Under the pieces are notes generated by a model. The model ran no database searches. It had not been told where the DNA came from and was given only the letters and a program-made list of their open reading frames with translations. DNA of 64,000 bases from Zygnema circumcarinatum SAG 698-1b (lineage: Eukaryota > Plantae > Zygnematophyceae), in assembly GCA_037447605.1 (NCBI GenBank), contig CM074814.1:434001-498000 (forward strand), written 5' to 3'. This document shows, one piece after another, positions 45,628 to 57,874 of the stretch; position 1 is the first letter of the stretch; each line of letters starts with the position of its first letter. Position numbers and translations under genes: made by a program.

Positions 45628-48600
45628 TCATCCAATCTCCCCAAAAAGCTCGCGGTCTGCAATTCTTCGAAACAGAAGGCGGAGTGACCAAAACCCGAAA
45701 AGAAAGGTCTGTGCGGCCCATTCCCATGCATTTTCTGGTTCCGTTTTCCGTGCAACAGCAAACGCAACTGCCGCCTCAAACGCATGGATCGCGACTGCAG
45801 TCCACCACACCATTTGGAGTCCCTCCATAGAAAAGAAAATTATAATCCCGAGCTCTCTCACTACTTCAAAGGGACCCATTAGGGGAGGGGGAAGATATGC
45901 TGAAAAAAAGGTCAAAAGGAGCCCAATTGGAATTAAAATCTGGGCAGCCAATCCCGGGCGAGATACAGATGTCCATTTTTTGGTCCTCCAACAAGCGACC
46001 ATTTGCCTCATCGCCTCCTTGGGCTCCACTATGGGAGAGAAGCCGAGCTCGCGGGAGGCTTTGGAGATGGAGAAGTAGTGGTTTGTGCCCATCTGGGGGG
46101 GAGGGCGAGAGGTTAGGGAGGAGAGAGGGGGAGGGTGGGCGGGAGGGGTGAGGGAGGGAGGGAGGGAGGAAGGGAGGGGGGGAGGGGGGGGAGGAAGGAG
46201 GGGAGGGAGGGAGGGGGAAGGGAGGGGGAAGAGATGGGGAAGGGAGGGGGAAGGGAGGGGGAAGAGATGGGGAGGGAGGGGGAAAGGGAGGTACAGGAAA
46301 GAAGGGAGGAGTGAGGAGGGAGGGAGGGGGGAAGGGAGGGGGGAAGGGAGGGGGGAAGGGAGGGAGGGAGGTACAGGAAAGAAGGGAGGAGTGAGGAGGG
46401 GGAGGGGGAAGGGAGGGGGAAGAGATGGGGAAGGGAGGGGGAAGGGAGGGGGAAGGGAGGGGGAAGGGAGGGGGAAGGAAGGGGGAAGGGAGGGAGGGAG
46501 GTACAGGAAAGAAGGGAGGAGTGAGAAAGGATGGAGGGGGGGATGAAGATCTTAAGGGGTTTGAGAGAAAATTACGAAACCAACAGGACGAAAACGGGAG
46601 AGATAGAGAGCAAGAGAGAGGGAGGGGAGAGAGCGAGAGAGAGTGGGACAGGGACCGGGACAGGGACAGGGAGAGGAGGGGAGAGGGAGAAGGAGAGAGA
46701 GGGAGTGAGAGAGAGAGAGAGGGAGGAAGTTTCTCTAATGCCTAACTGCCTTTCTCACCATGTACACATCCGCTGGGAGAAAGAGCGGCTCCGGAATCCA
46801 CCATTGGTCGAGCGATGGATAAAAAAATCGATAAATTCTGTCGATTATTTGGGCAAACTGTAACATGGTTTTTGTGGAAATTCGTCGCTCGGGAAATTGG
46901 AAATCATGAGCTTCAACGATGGGCTTCAAAAATTCAAAACTATTCACAGGGGCACCTGGAAAAGTTTCCCAAAAAAAAAAAATAGAGAGACGAGGATAAC
47001 GGATAGGATTTTAGGGTTTCTGGATTTTTGGTGTATGGAACTTGTGGGTTTTTTGGTTTTTAGGGTTTATAAGTTTGTAGGGTTTTAGGCTTTCTTGGGT
47101 TCAGGGAGATTTTTCACAATTCTTACCATCAGAGATGAAGTAGACTTGCCCAGCCGCTACTCCCCTCTCCCTCTCTTCCACGCCTTTCCCCCTCTCTCTC
47201 GCCTCTCCCTCGTCCTTCCCCTCTCCCTCTCTTACTCCCTCTCCCTCACTTCTACTCTCCCTCCGAGCCTCCCTCACTTCTCCCCTTGCCCCTTGATACT
47301 GATCTCCTTCCCCTCCCTCCACTCTTCTCTCCCTCTCTCTCCCCCCTCCTGAACCCAAACCCTCCACTTTCTCTGAGGGCAGGCCCATAACTGCCAAAAT
47401 TTCTGCGTGAACAAAATTTTCCACATGGAGCCAGTCCATCAAATCTTCTTCTTTTCCAAATTTTACGAAGAAAATTCCCCATTCGAAAATTTTCATAATT
47501 CGCGGAAAATACCGTTCCTCCCCCGGACCGTAAATTGCAGCGGGACGGAGGACACATGTGTGCATTCGTCCGTTTATCCTGCGTTAAAAAAAAAAAAAGC
47601 AGGGGCTCTGAATTGAATCTAATTTGAGAATTCAAGTGTAAGAAAAAAGGACAAGGACCTTTGGATACCTATTTTTAGAATATGTTTAAAAAATAGGTAT
47701 CAAAAAGTGCACCTTGATTACGAGTTATGAAATGTGAAAATTAGACATGGAAATAAGCTACCGAGGATGGAAAATTCGACAAATTTGAGACATCTAAACG
47801 TGCGGTAAACCGGGATGGCTATGGAGAGAGAGAGGAGACCCGGATAACTCGAGGGAGAGAGAGTATACGCGAATGTGTGGGAGAGAGAGGGAGGGAGAGA
47901 GGGAGGGAGAGAGAGAGGGAGAGAGAGAGTAGGAGAGAGGGCAATGAATAGAGAGGGCGAGAGAGGGCGAGAGGCGTGAGAGAGTGGGAGAGGGCGAGAG
48001 AGGGAGAGAGAGAGAGAGGGGGGGAGAGGGAGATCCATACCCATTTCTCCACCGCATCCCATTGTACTTCAAAACCACTTGTTCTGCGAGAGCTTTACTC
48101 CTCCCATATGCCTCCGCGGGACGCCCCCCCCCCCAATACCCCATTTTCTCGTCCCCATTCTCAATTTCTTGGCCCCCAAAAACGGTTCTATATGTGCTCG
48201 TAAATACAAACCGAGAAATTCCGAACTTGAGACTCTCTTCAAGGAGACAGACAGTTCCGTTGATGTTCACGGAATCTATGCTCGCAGTTTGGAGGGACTT
48301 CTTCCCCGAGGCTCCAACTGAGGCCACATGGAACACGCCGTCCGCTCCGTTGAGGGCAGTTGAGAGGTCCGTTGAACGGCGGATATCGCCTGGTTCAGAG
48401 GTTCAGTTTCACGGATTCAATCATCAGTTTAACGGATTCAATGATCAGTTTAACGGAGTCAATCATCAGTTTAACTGTTTCAATCATCAGTTTAATGGAT
48501 TCAATCATAATTTCTTAAATTTCTAAAAAAAAGTTGTGTTTGCGTTAGACCTTCGATGAGAACGATCCGAGGAATGGTTTGGAGCTCTTTTGCTTTCTCG

Positions 48601-49133
48601 ATTCGCCGATCGAAGCAGCGGACTTCTGCAGCTCCTCTGCAGTTTCAATTTAACGGAATCAGTTGAAAAAGACCACATAGGAACAGACCTCCCAAAACCC
48701 TAAAACCCTAAATCTCTAAAACCCAAAATCCAAAAAGCCCCAAATTCTAAAACTCGAAAAATCCAAGTTTTAAAAAAATGCGTTAAGAAGCCCATACCCT
48801 TCACAACTCCAAATTGTCTGCCACCCTCAAAACCTTAAACCCTAAAAGCTAAACCCTAAACCCAAATTTCCACCTTTACCAATTCTCTGCAAAGCTGCCT
48901 TACAAATTTCCAAAACACCAAAACCGACAAAAAAAAATTATTATCTTCCGAAACTCTAATACCCCAGACTTCAAAACCCGAAACCCTAACCATAAACCTT
49001 AATCTTAAACCCTAAGCCCTAATTTTCACCTTTCTATTAGTTCTCGGCAGAGCCGCCGCCCTTCATAGCCCGCCCCGCCAGTAACGACAAAAACAAAGCC
49101 CTCCACGCCTTCCGTGCTGACAAGTGTCACCAT
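45628..49133 (-). CDS. 3-beta-hydroxysteroid dehydrogenase/SDR42E1-like extended SDR (At2g33630-like) with a C-terminal membrane domain
   Basis: Rossmann motif VVTGGAGYEG, GADGVFHVAS, VNINGT, catalytic YGRSK, CVLRPAAIYGPGEER, DWLHVEN, AAGQVYFISDG, PLFLPADVYM|GTNHYFSISKASRELGF, and C-terminal AIHAFEAA..WAAQTFLFGFWSLRLL. Confidence 0.9.
48404..48508 (+). repeat. 21-bp minisatellite, 5 copies, intronic
   Basis: Unit CAGTTTAACGGATTCAATCAT with 1-3 substitutions per copy, head to tail with no spacers. Confidence 0.9.
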
Positions 49134-49289
49134 TTCGCTGGTCGCCCGCGCGGGGCGGCGGCTACATGCTCTCAGTATAACGGAATTAGCATTTACGGAA
49201 ATACGGATTAGCGTTAAAAACTGCGCATGGAACGGCGAGGAGAGGGAGGGCACCGAGGGAGAGCCGTATTCTGCACTGCCTCGCGCCGG

Positions 49290-49545
49290 TCTGCCACGTG
49301 GACAGCTCGAGCAGCTGCCACGTCGGATTGCATGGCACGTGGGAACACTGTTGAGGGGGCAGAGGAGATGCATGTGACCGTTTTAGACTCAGTAGAACGC
49401 AACGGGACGGAACTGAACTGCCGACAGCGAAACGAGAGACGTGGACGGTCGAATTTTTGGCGCGCTCAGTGGCTCAGATCTTCAGAGGATCTGTGTGGTC
49501 CACGTGGCGAGGTGCTGCCACGTGGCAGGACTCCACCACGTGGGC
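49290..49545. promoter_or_regulatory. G-box cluster in a divergent promoter
   Basis: Five CACGTG palindromes at 49295, 49336, 49501, 49519 and 49537, between the head-to-head SDR and nuclease-like genes. Confidence 0.5.
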
Positions 49546-50056
49546 ACTTCTTTTTCCCCCTCTCTCTTTTTCTCTCTCTCGCTCGCGCGCGCGCATTGGT
49601 AACTACGCTTTTCCATCAGTCTTTCCCCATCTTTCATTATCTTTCCCTTCCTCCCTCTACCTTTCTCCCTCCCTCACTCCCGTCCTCGCTTTCTCTTCCT
49701 CCGTCCTCTCTCCCTCCCTCCCTTCCTCCCGCCTCTCTCCCTTCCTCGCTCCTCTTGCCCTCCCTCTCTCGCTTCCTCCGCCCTCTATCCCTCCCCNNNN
49801 NNNNNNCCTCCCTCCCTCCCCTCGCCCTTTCTTCCTCGTTCCCTCCTCTCCGTTTCCTGAAAGGCCATCCCCATCAAATCCTGAAGCTCTGAGTACCCAA
49901 CACTTCCCTGAAATACTGAACCTGCTACTGAAGGAACCCTAAAAAGCTTTTAGTAGAAGTGAAACCCTTCAACCCTCATGCTCTCCTATCCTACGGACCC
50001 TAGCCCTGAACCCTAACCCATCCATTCAGCGCATTGCACATGCAGCAACTTATAAA

Positions 50057-53000
50057 ATGTGGGTTTCTTGCGCAAGCCCAAACATCACATTCACTTTCAG
50101 CTCCCCTTTATCTCCTCTCTCCTCCTTTACAACCTTCAAACTGACTCCTCACTCACAAATAGCCTCAAAAAAATTAGGGTTAGGGTTGGCATTAGGGTTC
50201 GGGCGACGGTTAGGGTTACAGTTGGATTGCATCTCCTTGAACTCTTCTTCCAATGAAAACTCGTTCCTTCCCCATTTTATTTACATTTCTCATTCTCCAA
50301 AAGCTAAATCTCTGAACCCTAAAAGTACAAACCCTAAATCTTCCTTTCTCAAATGCCTAAATCTTCAACCACTGAACCCGAATATCCCGCATTCCGAAAC
50401 CCCAATTTTTGAATCCCGTAACCCTAGTTTTGTTTGTAAATCTCAAGCCCTGAACCCCACCTCCTCGGATCCTCCTCTTTTTAATTCTTCAAACTCATTG
50501 AATTCAGTGGAACCCTTCGCTAGTTCCATGGATTCCCACAGTTCCGTAAATCCCCCAAATAACCCTAGTTCCTTTATGTTAGTTGATTCCGTTGATTCCG
50601 TTAAGTCGTCTAAGTCAGTTAATTCTGTTTCCGAGTGGCGGTTTCAACGCGGAAAGTCGGCACTTACGGAATACTTAGCGCGTCCAGGACATTGGGATAT
50701 TAGAAAATTCGAATTAAATGACTTTATTAACTTTTTGGATAAATTTATAAAAGAAAAAAGAGCCAGCGATGATCTTTTCCAACAGCGCGAATATATTTCG
50801 GAATTGGAAAATCGACATTTGGAGGAACTTAAAATTTTGACAGTAAGCAAGTTTTTGGAGGCTTTTGGACTTTCTATAATTTTCAGATTTTTCTTTCCTT
50901 GGGGACATCCGAGTTTCTTTAAGTTTTTCGGCTTGTATACCTTATATTTTTTTCTTTCAATTTTTTTTTATGATTTTTTTTCGTTTTTTTATGTGAACAG
51001 GCTGCAATGGTAGAAGCTCAAGAAGCGTTTGACAGCTGTCAAGAGAAGAAAGTTATCGAAGCTCTCGGGCAGGAAGTGAAAAAGACAAAACTCGCTCTAG
51101 AGGGGCTCAAAAAGTTTTTGAATGCTGCCCGTGGAGAGTCAAATTCCCAAAAAAATTACAAACCAGTCCCTGTGAAGCAAAACTTGGAGCCCCTTCATGG
51201 AGAAGGAACCGTACTCGATAAATTACATGATGCTGATTTAACAAAATTTCAGCAAAATGGTAAATTTCTGGAGAATGTGACCCCATGCAAGGACGAGGTT
51301 GCTGACGTCAGCGACCCACAGAAGATTTTGTGGGCCCCACTTAGCCCTCTCCGAAGCTCAATTACGAAAGCCAGCAGTGGAAAAAATTTCAATTCTGGAC
51401 CGGATCCTGCGACCCAAAATATTTCCGAATCTTTGGAATCAAGAGACGCCCGCTTGGAAAAAAAAAAAGGGCTGAAAGGCGAAAATTTTGAGACTCTTAT
51501 TACTGCCCCTTCTCTTATTGGAGAGGCTGATTCAGTTGGCTCTGTGTTAGAAATTGGAACGGAACGGAACGGAACGGATTCGCCTCACATGGAACCGCAA
51601 GTTCTGGAGCGATTGGAGAGAAAAATTGAGAGCGCAGAATTAAAGGTGGCGAGATTGAAGGTGGCGGGGCCGGAACTGGAGAGGCTCTATGAGGAGATCT
51701 GTAACGCAACGCCTGCATGGAAAGTCAGTTTGCTCTCCCTCTACTCTCCCTCTCTCTCTCTCTCCCCCTCTCTCTCTCCTGCTCCCTCTCCTTCTCCCGC
51801 GGCCGCACGTGCGCTATCTCTCTCTCTCGCTGTCCCTCCCTAATCCGCCTTCTTGCTCCCTCATCGGCTTCTCTCTCCCTCGCGTTCTCAATCTCCCTGT
51901 CCCACTCCCCCTCCCACTCCCCGTTCCTCCCTCTCCCTCAACCTCCCCTCCCCACCTCCCCCACTCCCACCTCCACTCTTCTCCTTCTCGCTCCCCCGTC
52001 CCCTCTCCCACCCTCCCTCGCCCCATCTCCCCCTCCCTCTCCCTCCCCGTCCCCACTCTCTCCTCTGTCTTATGCCACCTTCTCCCCCTCGGCCCAATCT
52101 TCCTCTCCCTCTCCCACATCCTCTCTTCCCTCATCACCTCCCTCACACTCTTCCTCGTCGTTTCCTTCTTCCTTTCTCGTTCCTCTCCGAATCCCACTCC
52201 GTCTCCTGTTCCTGTTCCTCCTCTTCCACGCCCTCCCCCAACCTGCCCTCTTCCTCTTGTGTCCTTTTTTCTCTCCATCTCCTCCCTCTCCCTCTCCCTC
52301 TCCCTCTCCCTCTCCCTCCCCTCGCTCTCCCCCACATTGTTTCGCAGGCCCTCCTCGAAGCGGAAGCTGCAAAAGCCGCTTTTGAAGAGAAAATAGGGCT
52401 GACGTCAGCAAAGTTGGAGCTTCAGTCATTGACAAAGAGACATGGTCGAAACGCGACTTCGAGTGGAAGGTGCGAACTGCTTTCAACCTAAAACCCTAAA
52501 GCCCTAAAATCCTAAATCACCCTAAAAACCCTAAAAACCCTAAAACACCCTAAACCCTAAATCCGAAAACCCTAAAACCCTAAAAATTCTAAAATCCGAA
52601 AAGCCCTCATTAATTCTTTTTTTTAAATGAACAAATGGTATCTTTTATGCTTTGAATCGTCAACCAATGATTTTGCAAAGGGCCTTAAACCCTACCTGTT
52701 CTGAAACGTTTAAACCTTCAACCTTCAACCTTTGACTTCTTTTTCAGAAAATTCGAAGATGTGTGCACCGACATGTTACGAGATGTGTTTGAGTCCAAAA
52801 AGAATTCAGACTCGAACAATGTCGCGGACGATGAAAGGGAGCGGACCGTGGTGAGTGCACACGTGGCGGAATGCTGCGATTTGATTGGCTGTCGTTTAGT
52901 GTGTACTCGTTCTGAAACTTCCTTCACCGAAAGATTCGGAACCACAGAAACCCCAAAAATCCTAAAACCACAAAACCTTAAAACCCAAAACCTTGAAACC

Positions 53001-54685
53001 CTAAAATCCTGAAACCGCAAAACCCTAAAACCCTAAACTCTAAACCCCAAAAACCTTAAAACCCTCAACCATTAAAACCCAAAACCCCAAATAACCTAAA
53101 ACCCCAAAACCCTTAATCCCCAAAACCGCAAAACCACAAATCCCTAGAACCCCAAGACTCTAAAACCCTGACCCTAACGCCTAAAACCCTAAAACCCCAA
53201 AACCCTAAAACCCTAAACCCTAAACCCGCTTGGTGCAGGTCCTGTCCAACGTGACGCTAGGAATGGCGGCGGGCGAAATCGATAAAATGGTGAAAGGAAA
53301 AAAAAATCGCATGTCAAGTTTAAACCCCAAGTGTGACCGCACTAGTGATGACGTAACGCTGACGGGACATGAGAAGGAAAAAAGGTTCTGGAACATGGAA
53401 CGTGTGTGGAACTGATAACGAACTGAAACGAAACGGAACGTAAGCGAAACGAAATTGTACGCATGGAACAGCGTTGACTTTTCGAGCGTTGACTTTTTTA
53501 GCATTGACTTTTTGTGCGTTGTTTGTCCGTTGCAGGTGGTCCGTCCGGGCGGGAGTTGTACGGACGAGGTGGAGGTTTTGGCGCTTCTGGAATGCAAACG
53601 GAACGTGAACGATATCGGGCCCAGTTTTCTTCGCTACCAGGTACAGGGCTTAATTTTTTTTATTTTAATTTTAAAAATCAAACGAAATTTCAGTTTGACT
53701 CTAATTACACCTGAAATGAATTACTCTTTCTAATTAATTCCATTTTTGTTGTGAAAATTAACCAAATGAAAAAACAACAACATCGGGAAACATGGGATGG
53801 CAGATGATGTTGGGTTGGCTGACGGGTGACGTGGCGAGCTACGACGCTGCCACGTGGCGCACGCGGACGTACGTCAGCGGCCACTTTGACCGGCGCGCGG
53901 TCCACGTGGAGGCCAACGGCCAACGCTACGCCGTCACACGGAACTCGTTCCGCCGTTTTCGCCGCGACCAGAAGAGCGGATACTTCCTCGAAAACCTCAT
54001 GTTTGCGGTGAATGTCACGGCTCCAGGTCAGGAAAAACTCTCTCTCTCTCTCTCGTTCTCTCCCTCACCCGCTCTCACTCTCACTCCCTCCCTCTCGCTC
54101 CCTTGCCCGCTCTTTTTTCCTCTCTCTACCTCTCTCACTATTCTCCCGCTCCCACTCTACCTCTCTGTCGCTTCCTCTCTCTCCCCTCTCCGTTCCTCTC
54201 CCTGTACCGCCGCCCTCTCCCTCTTCCTCTCCCTCGCACTCTTCCTGTCCTCCCTGCCTCTCCCCCTCTCCCTCTTTCTCCCCCTCTCCCTCTCCCTCTC
54301 CCTCTCCCTCTCCCTCTCCTCTCCCTCTCCCTCTCTCTCTCCCCTCTCCCTCTCCCTCTCCCCCTCTCCCTCTCCCTCCCTCTCCCTCCTCCCTCCCTCC
54401 CACCCTCCCTCCCTCCTCCCTCCCTCCTCTCCCTCCCTCCCTCCAGGCTCCGTCCTCTCCGGGCTGGACTCCAAGTCCCTGAGCATCCTGGCCCGCCAGC
54501 TGTCCTCCAGCGCCCCCCTCCGCCGCCACGTGTCCTCCCGCCGCGGCCCCGCCCTGCTCGCGCTGCACCGCCGCCTCGCGGGGGATGACGTGGCGGCCGC
54601 CGACGTGCTCCGCCTCCTACCAGCCCTCCGAGGCGCTCAAATGTTTTTGCTGCACTATATTAGGAATTGTATGAATTATAATTAG
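50057..54685 (+). CDS. Uncharacterised coiled-coil protein with a predicted PD-(D/E)xK nuclease-fold domain (about 780 aa)
   Basis: Exons 50057-50842, 51001-51723, 52348-52469, 52748-52850, 53239-53289, 53536-53640, 53804-54026 and 54447-54685, all GT-AG and phase-consistent. The spliced core reads SGRKFEDVCTDML..VLSNVTLGMAAGEIDKMVVRP..VLALLECKRNVNDIG. The start may instead be ATG 50528, and the 3' end is uncertain. Confidence 0.7.
52488..53225 (+). repeat. Degenerate AAACCCT (plant telomere-type) repeats in introns
   Basis: Runs of AAAACCCTAAA/AAAACCCCAAA at 52488-52600 and 52950-53225, with similar tracts at 48690-49020, 47000-47100 (opposite strand) and 61430-61515. Confidence 0.75.
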
Positions 54686-56870
54686 AAAATTAGGATTAGA
54701 AAATTAGAAAATTAGAAAATTAGAAAATTAGGATTAGGATTAGAAAATTAGAAAATTAGGATTAGAAAATTAGAAAATTAGAAAATTAGGATTAGGATTA
54801 GGATTAGAAAATTAGAAAATTAGAAAATTAGAAAATTAGGATTAGGATTAGAAAATTATAAATTATAAATTATAATTATAAAATTAGAAAATTAGAAAAT
54901 TATAATTAGAAAATTAGAAAATTAGAAAAATTAGAAAATTATAATTAGAAAATTATAATTAGAAAATTAGAAAATTAGGATTAGGATTAGAAAATTAGAA
55001 AATTATAAATTATAAATTATAATTAGAAAATTAGAAAATTAGAAAATTAGAAAATTAGAAAATTAGAAAATTAGAAAATTATAATTAGAAAATTAGGATT
55101 AGGATTAGGATTAGGATTAGAAAATTAGAAAATTAGAAAATTAGAAAATTAGGATTAGGATTAGAAAATTAGAAAATTAGAAAATTAGAAAATTAGGATT
55201 AGGATTAGGATTAGAAAATTAGAAAATTATAAATTATAAATTATAAATTATAAATTATAAATTATAAATTATAAATTATAAATTATAAATTATAAATTAT
55301 AATTATAATTATAAAATTAGAAAATTAGGATTAGGATTAGGATTAGGATTAGGATTAGGATTAGAAAATTAGAAAATTAGGATTAGGATTAGAAAATTAG
55401 AAAATTAGAAAATTAGAAAATTATAAATTATAAATTATAATTAGAAAATTAGAAAATTATAAATTATAATTATAAAATTAGAAAATTAGAAAATTAGAAA
55501 ATTAGAAAATTAGGATTAGGATTAGGATTAGAAAATTAGAAAATTAGGATTAGAAAATTAGAAAATTAGAAAATTAGAAAATTAAGAAAAATTAGAAAAT
55601 TAGAAAATTAGAAAATTAGAAAATTATAAATTATAATTATAAATTATAATTATAAATTATAAATTATAAATTATAAATTATAATTATAAAATTAGAAAAT
55701 TAGGATTAGGATTAGGATTAGGATTAGGATTAGGATTAGGATTAGGATTAGGATTAGGATTAGGATTAGGATTAGGATTAGGATTAGGATTAGGATTAGG
55801 ATTAGGATTAGGATTAGGATTAGGATTAGGATTAGGATTAGGATTAGGATTAGAAAATTAGAAAATTAGAAAATTAGAAAATTAGAAAATTAGAAAATTA
55901 TAATTAGAAAATTAGAAAATTAGGATTAGGATTAGGATTAGGATTAGGATTAGGATTAGAAAATTAGAAAATTAGGATTAGGATTAGGATTAGGATTAGG
56001 ATTAGGATTAGGATTAGGATTAGGATTAGGATTAGGATTAGGATTAGGATTAGGATTAGGATTAGGATTAGGATTAGGATTAGGATTAGGATTAGGATTA
56101 GGATTAGGATTAGGATTAGGATTAGGATTAGGATTAGGATTAGGATTAGGATTAGGATTAGGATTAGGATTAGGATTAGGATTAGGATTAGGATTAGAAA
56201 ATTAGAAAATTATAAATTATAATTATAAATTATAATTATAAATTATAATTATAATTATAAATTATAATTAGAAAATTAGAAAATTAGAAAATTAGAAAAT
56301 TATAAATTATAAATTATAATTATAATTATAATTATAAATTATAATTAGAAAATTAGAAAATTAGAAAATTAGAAAATTAGGATTAGGATTAGGATTAGGA
56401 TTAGGATTAGGATTAGGATTAGGATTAGGATTAGGATTAGAAAATTAGAAAATTAGAAAATTAGAAAATTAGAAAATTAGAAAATTAGAAAATTAGGATT
56501 AGGATTAGAAAATTAGAAAATTAGAAAATTAGGATTAGGATTAGGATTAGGATTAGGATTAGGATTAGGATTAGGATTAGGATTAGGATTAGGATTAGGA
56601 TTAGGATTAGGATTAGGATTAGGATTAGAAAATTAGAAAATTATAAATTATAATTATATTATATTATATTATATTATATTATATTATATTATATTATAGT
56701 ATATTATATTATATTATATTATATTATATTATATTAGGGTCTAGGCATAGGTCCAGGGCATAGGCTTAGGTCCAGGGTCTAGGGTCTAGGGCCTAGGATC
56801 TAGGGTCTAGGGCTAGGGGCTAGGGGCTAGGAGCTAGGGTTCAGGGTGTAGGGTGTACAGTCTAGGTTTT
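54665..56870 (+). repeat. Interstitial telomere-like mixed-unit satellite (TTAGGA, TTAGAAAA, TTATAAA, TTATAA), ending in TTATA and then degenerate (T/G)CTAGGG units
   Basis: Read directly from the sequence; the + strand has no C from about 54670 to 56735. Confidence 0.95.
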
Positions 56871-57110
56871 ATAGTAGGTTCTAGGGTCTTAAACTTGAAC
56901 ATTGTTAGGGAATCAGCAATACCCATACCCACAGAGGCCCTCCAAGCACCTTATTGCCAAAGCCTCAAAATGAATGTCTGCTTTTGGGCGGTGCTGGAAA
57001 GGAAGAAAAAAATTTGGAAGATCGAACGAGCGGCCATTCAATTCTCGATGCCCGGTCAGGGCCGTACGGTTAGGCAGAACGAAGGTGGCTTCAGCTAAGG
57101 CACTGAATGC

Positions 57111-57175
<65 letters not shown>

Positions 57176-57874
57176 GAGAGAGAGAGATTGAGATTGAGAT
57201 TGATTAAGATTCTGAGTTTCCAATTCTGTACTTGTACCAGTGGCTGCAATGTTGAAGTTGTACGCGTTTCCTTTCTTGCATGAATGCAAAAAAAAAAAAA
57301 GGTTGAGAATATGGATGAACTAAAGCTCTCTGCTACTCATACTTGCAAAGAACTTGTCCTTAAAATTACGTTGATAGAATAGTAAGGACAGGTGGTACAG
57401 GTCGAAGGTGAGACAAGGATGGATATAGAGATCGTTGAAACGCGCAAAACAGGAAAGCATGCAGGAGGACAATTCCAGTTGAATGTTCTCGAAGACGGAG
57501 CCGAGAAAGTGGGTGACCAAGTTGTGAATGTCTAGGATTTAGGGTTTTGCATATATTGCCTCTTGATGAAGGGTTAAGGGCTTGTAGGACTGCCATGTAG
57601 ATGCTCGTGCTTGCTCGTTTATTGCAGTAATGTACCTTTCTCTCTCCCCCTTTCTCTGTCCCTCCCTCTCTCTCTCCCTCTCTCTTTCTCTTCCGCTCCT
57701 CTTCTTCTTACCCCTCTCTCTCGCTCTCTTTCTCTCTTGCCCCCCCTCTCTCTCTCTCTCACTCTTTCTCTCTCCCTTCTCTCTCTTTCCCTCTCTCTTT
57801 CTCTCCCTCTCTCTATGTCTATGTGTTGTAGTTCCGTAAAATGGAAATATACACTTGGAACAGCCCACATTGAT

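Noticed and set aside
48404-48508. 21-bp repeats as a CRISPR array or FNGFNHQ peptide repeat
   Set aside because: There are no spacers and no cas genes, the context is eukaryotic, and it sits in an intron of the opposite-strand SDR gene.
54665-56870. A true chromosome end
   Set aside because: Intact genes flank both sides within the window, and the units are not the TTTAGGG type found degenerate elsewhere in this window.
57320-57520. Small ORF containing IHPC, resembling a second ATG10/ATG3 active site
   Set aside because: No other E2-like motif and no ATG start; probably ATG10 3' UTR.
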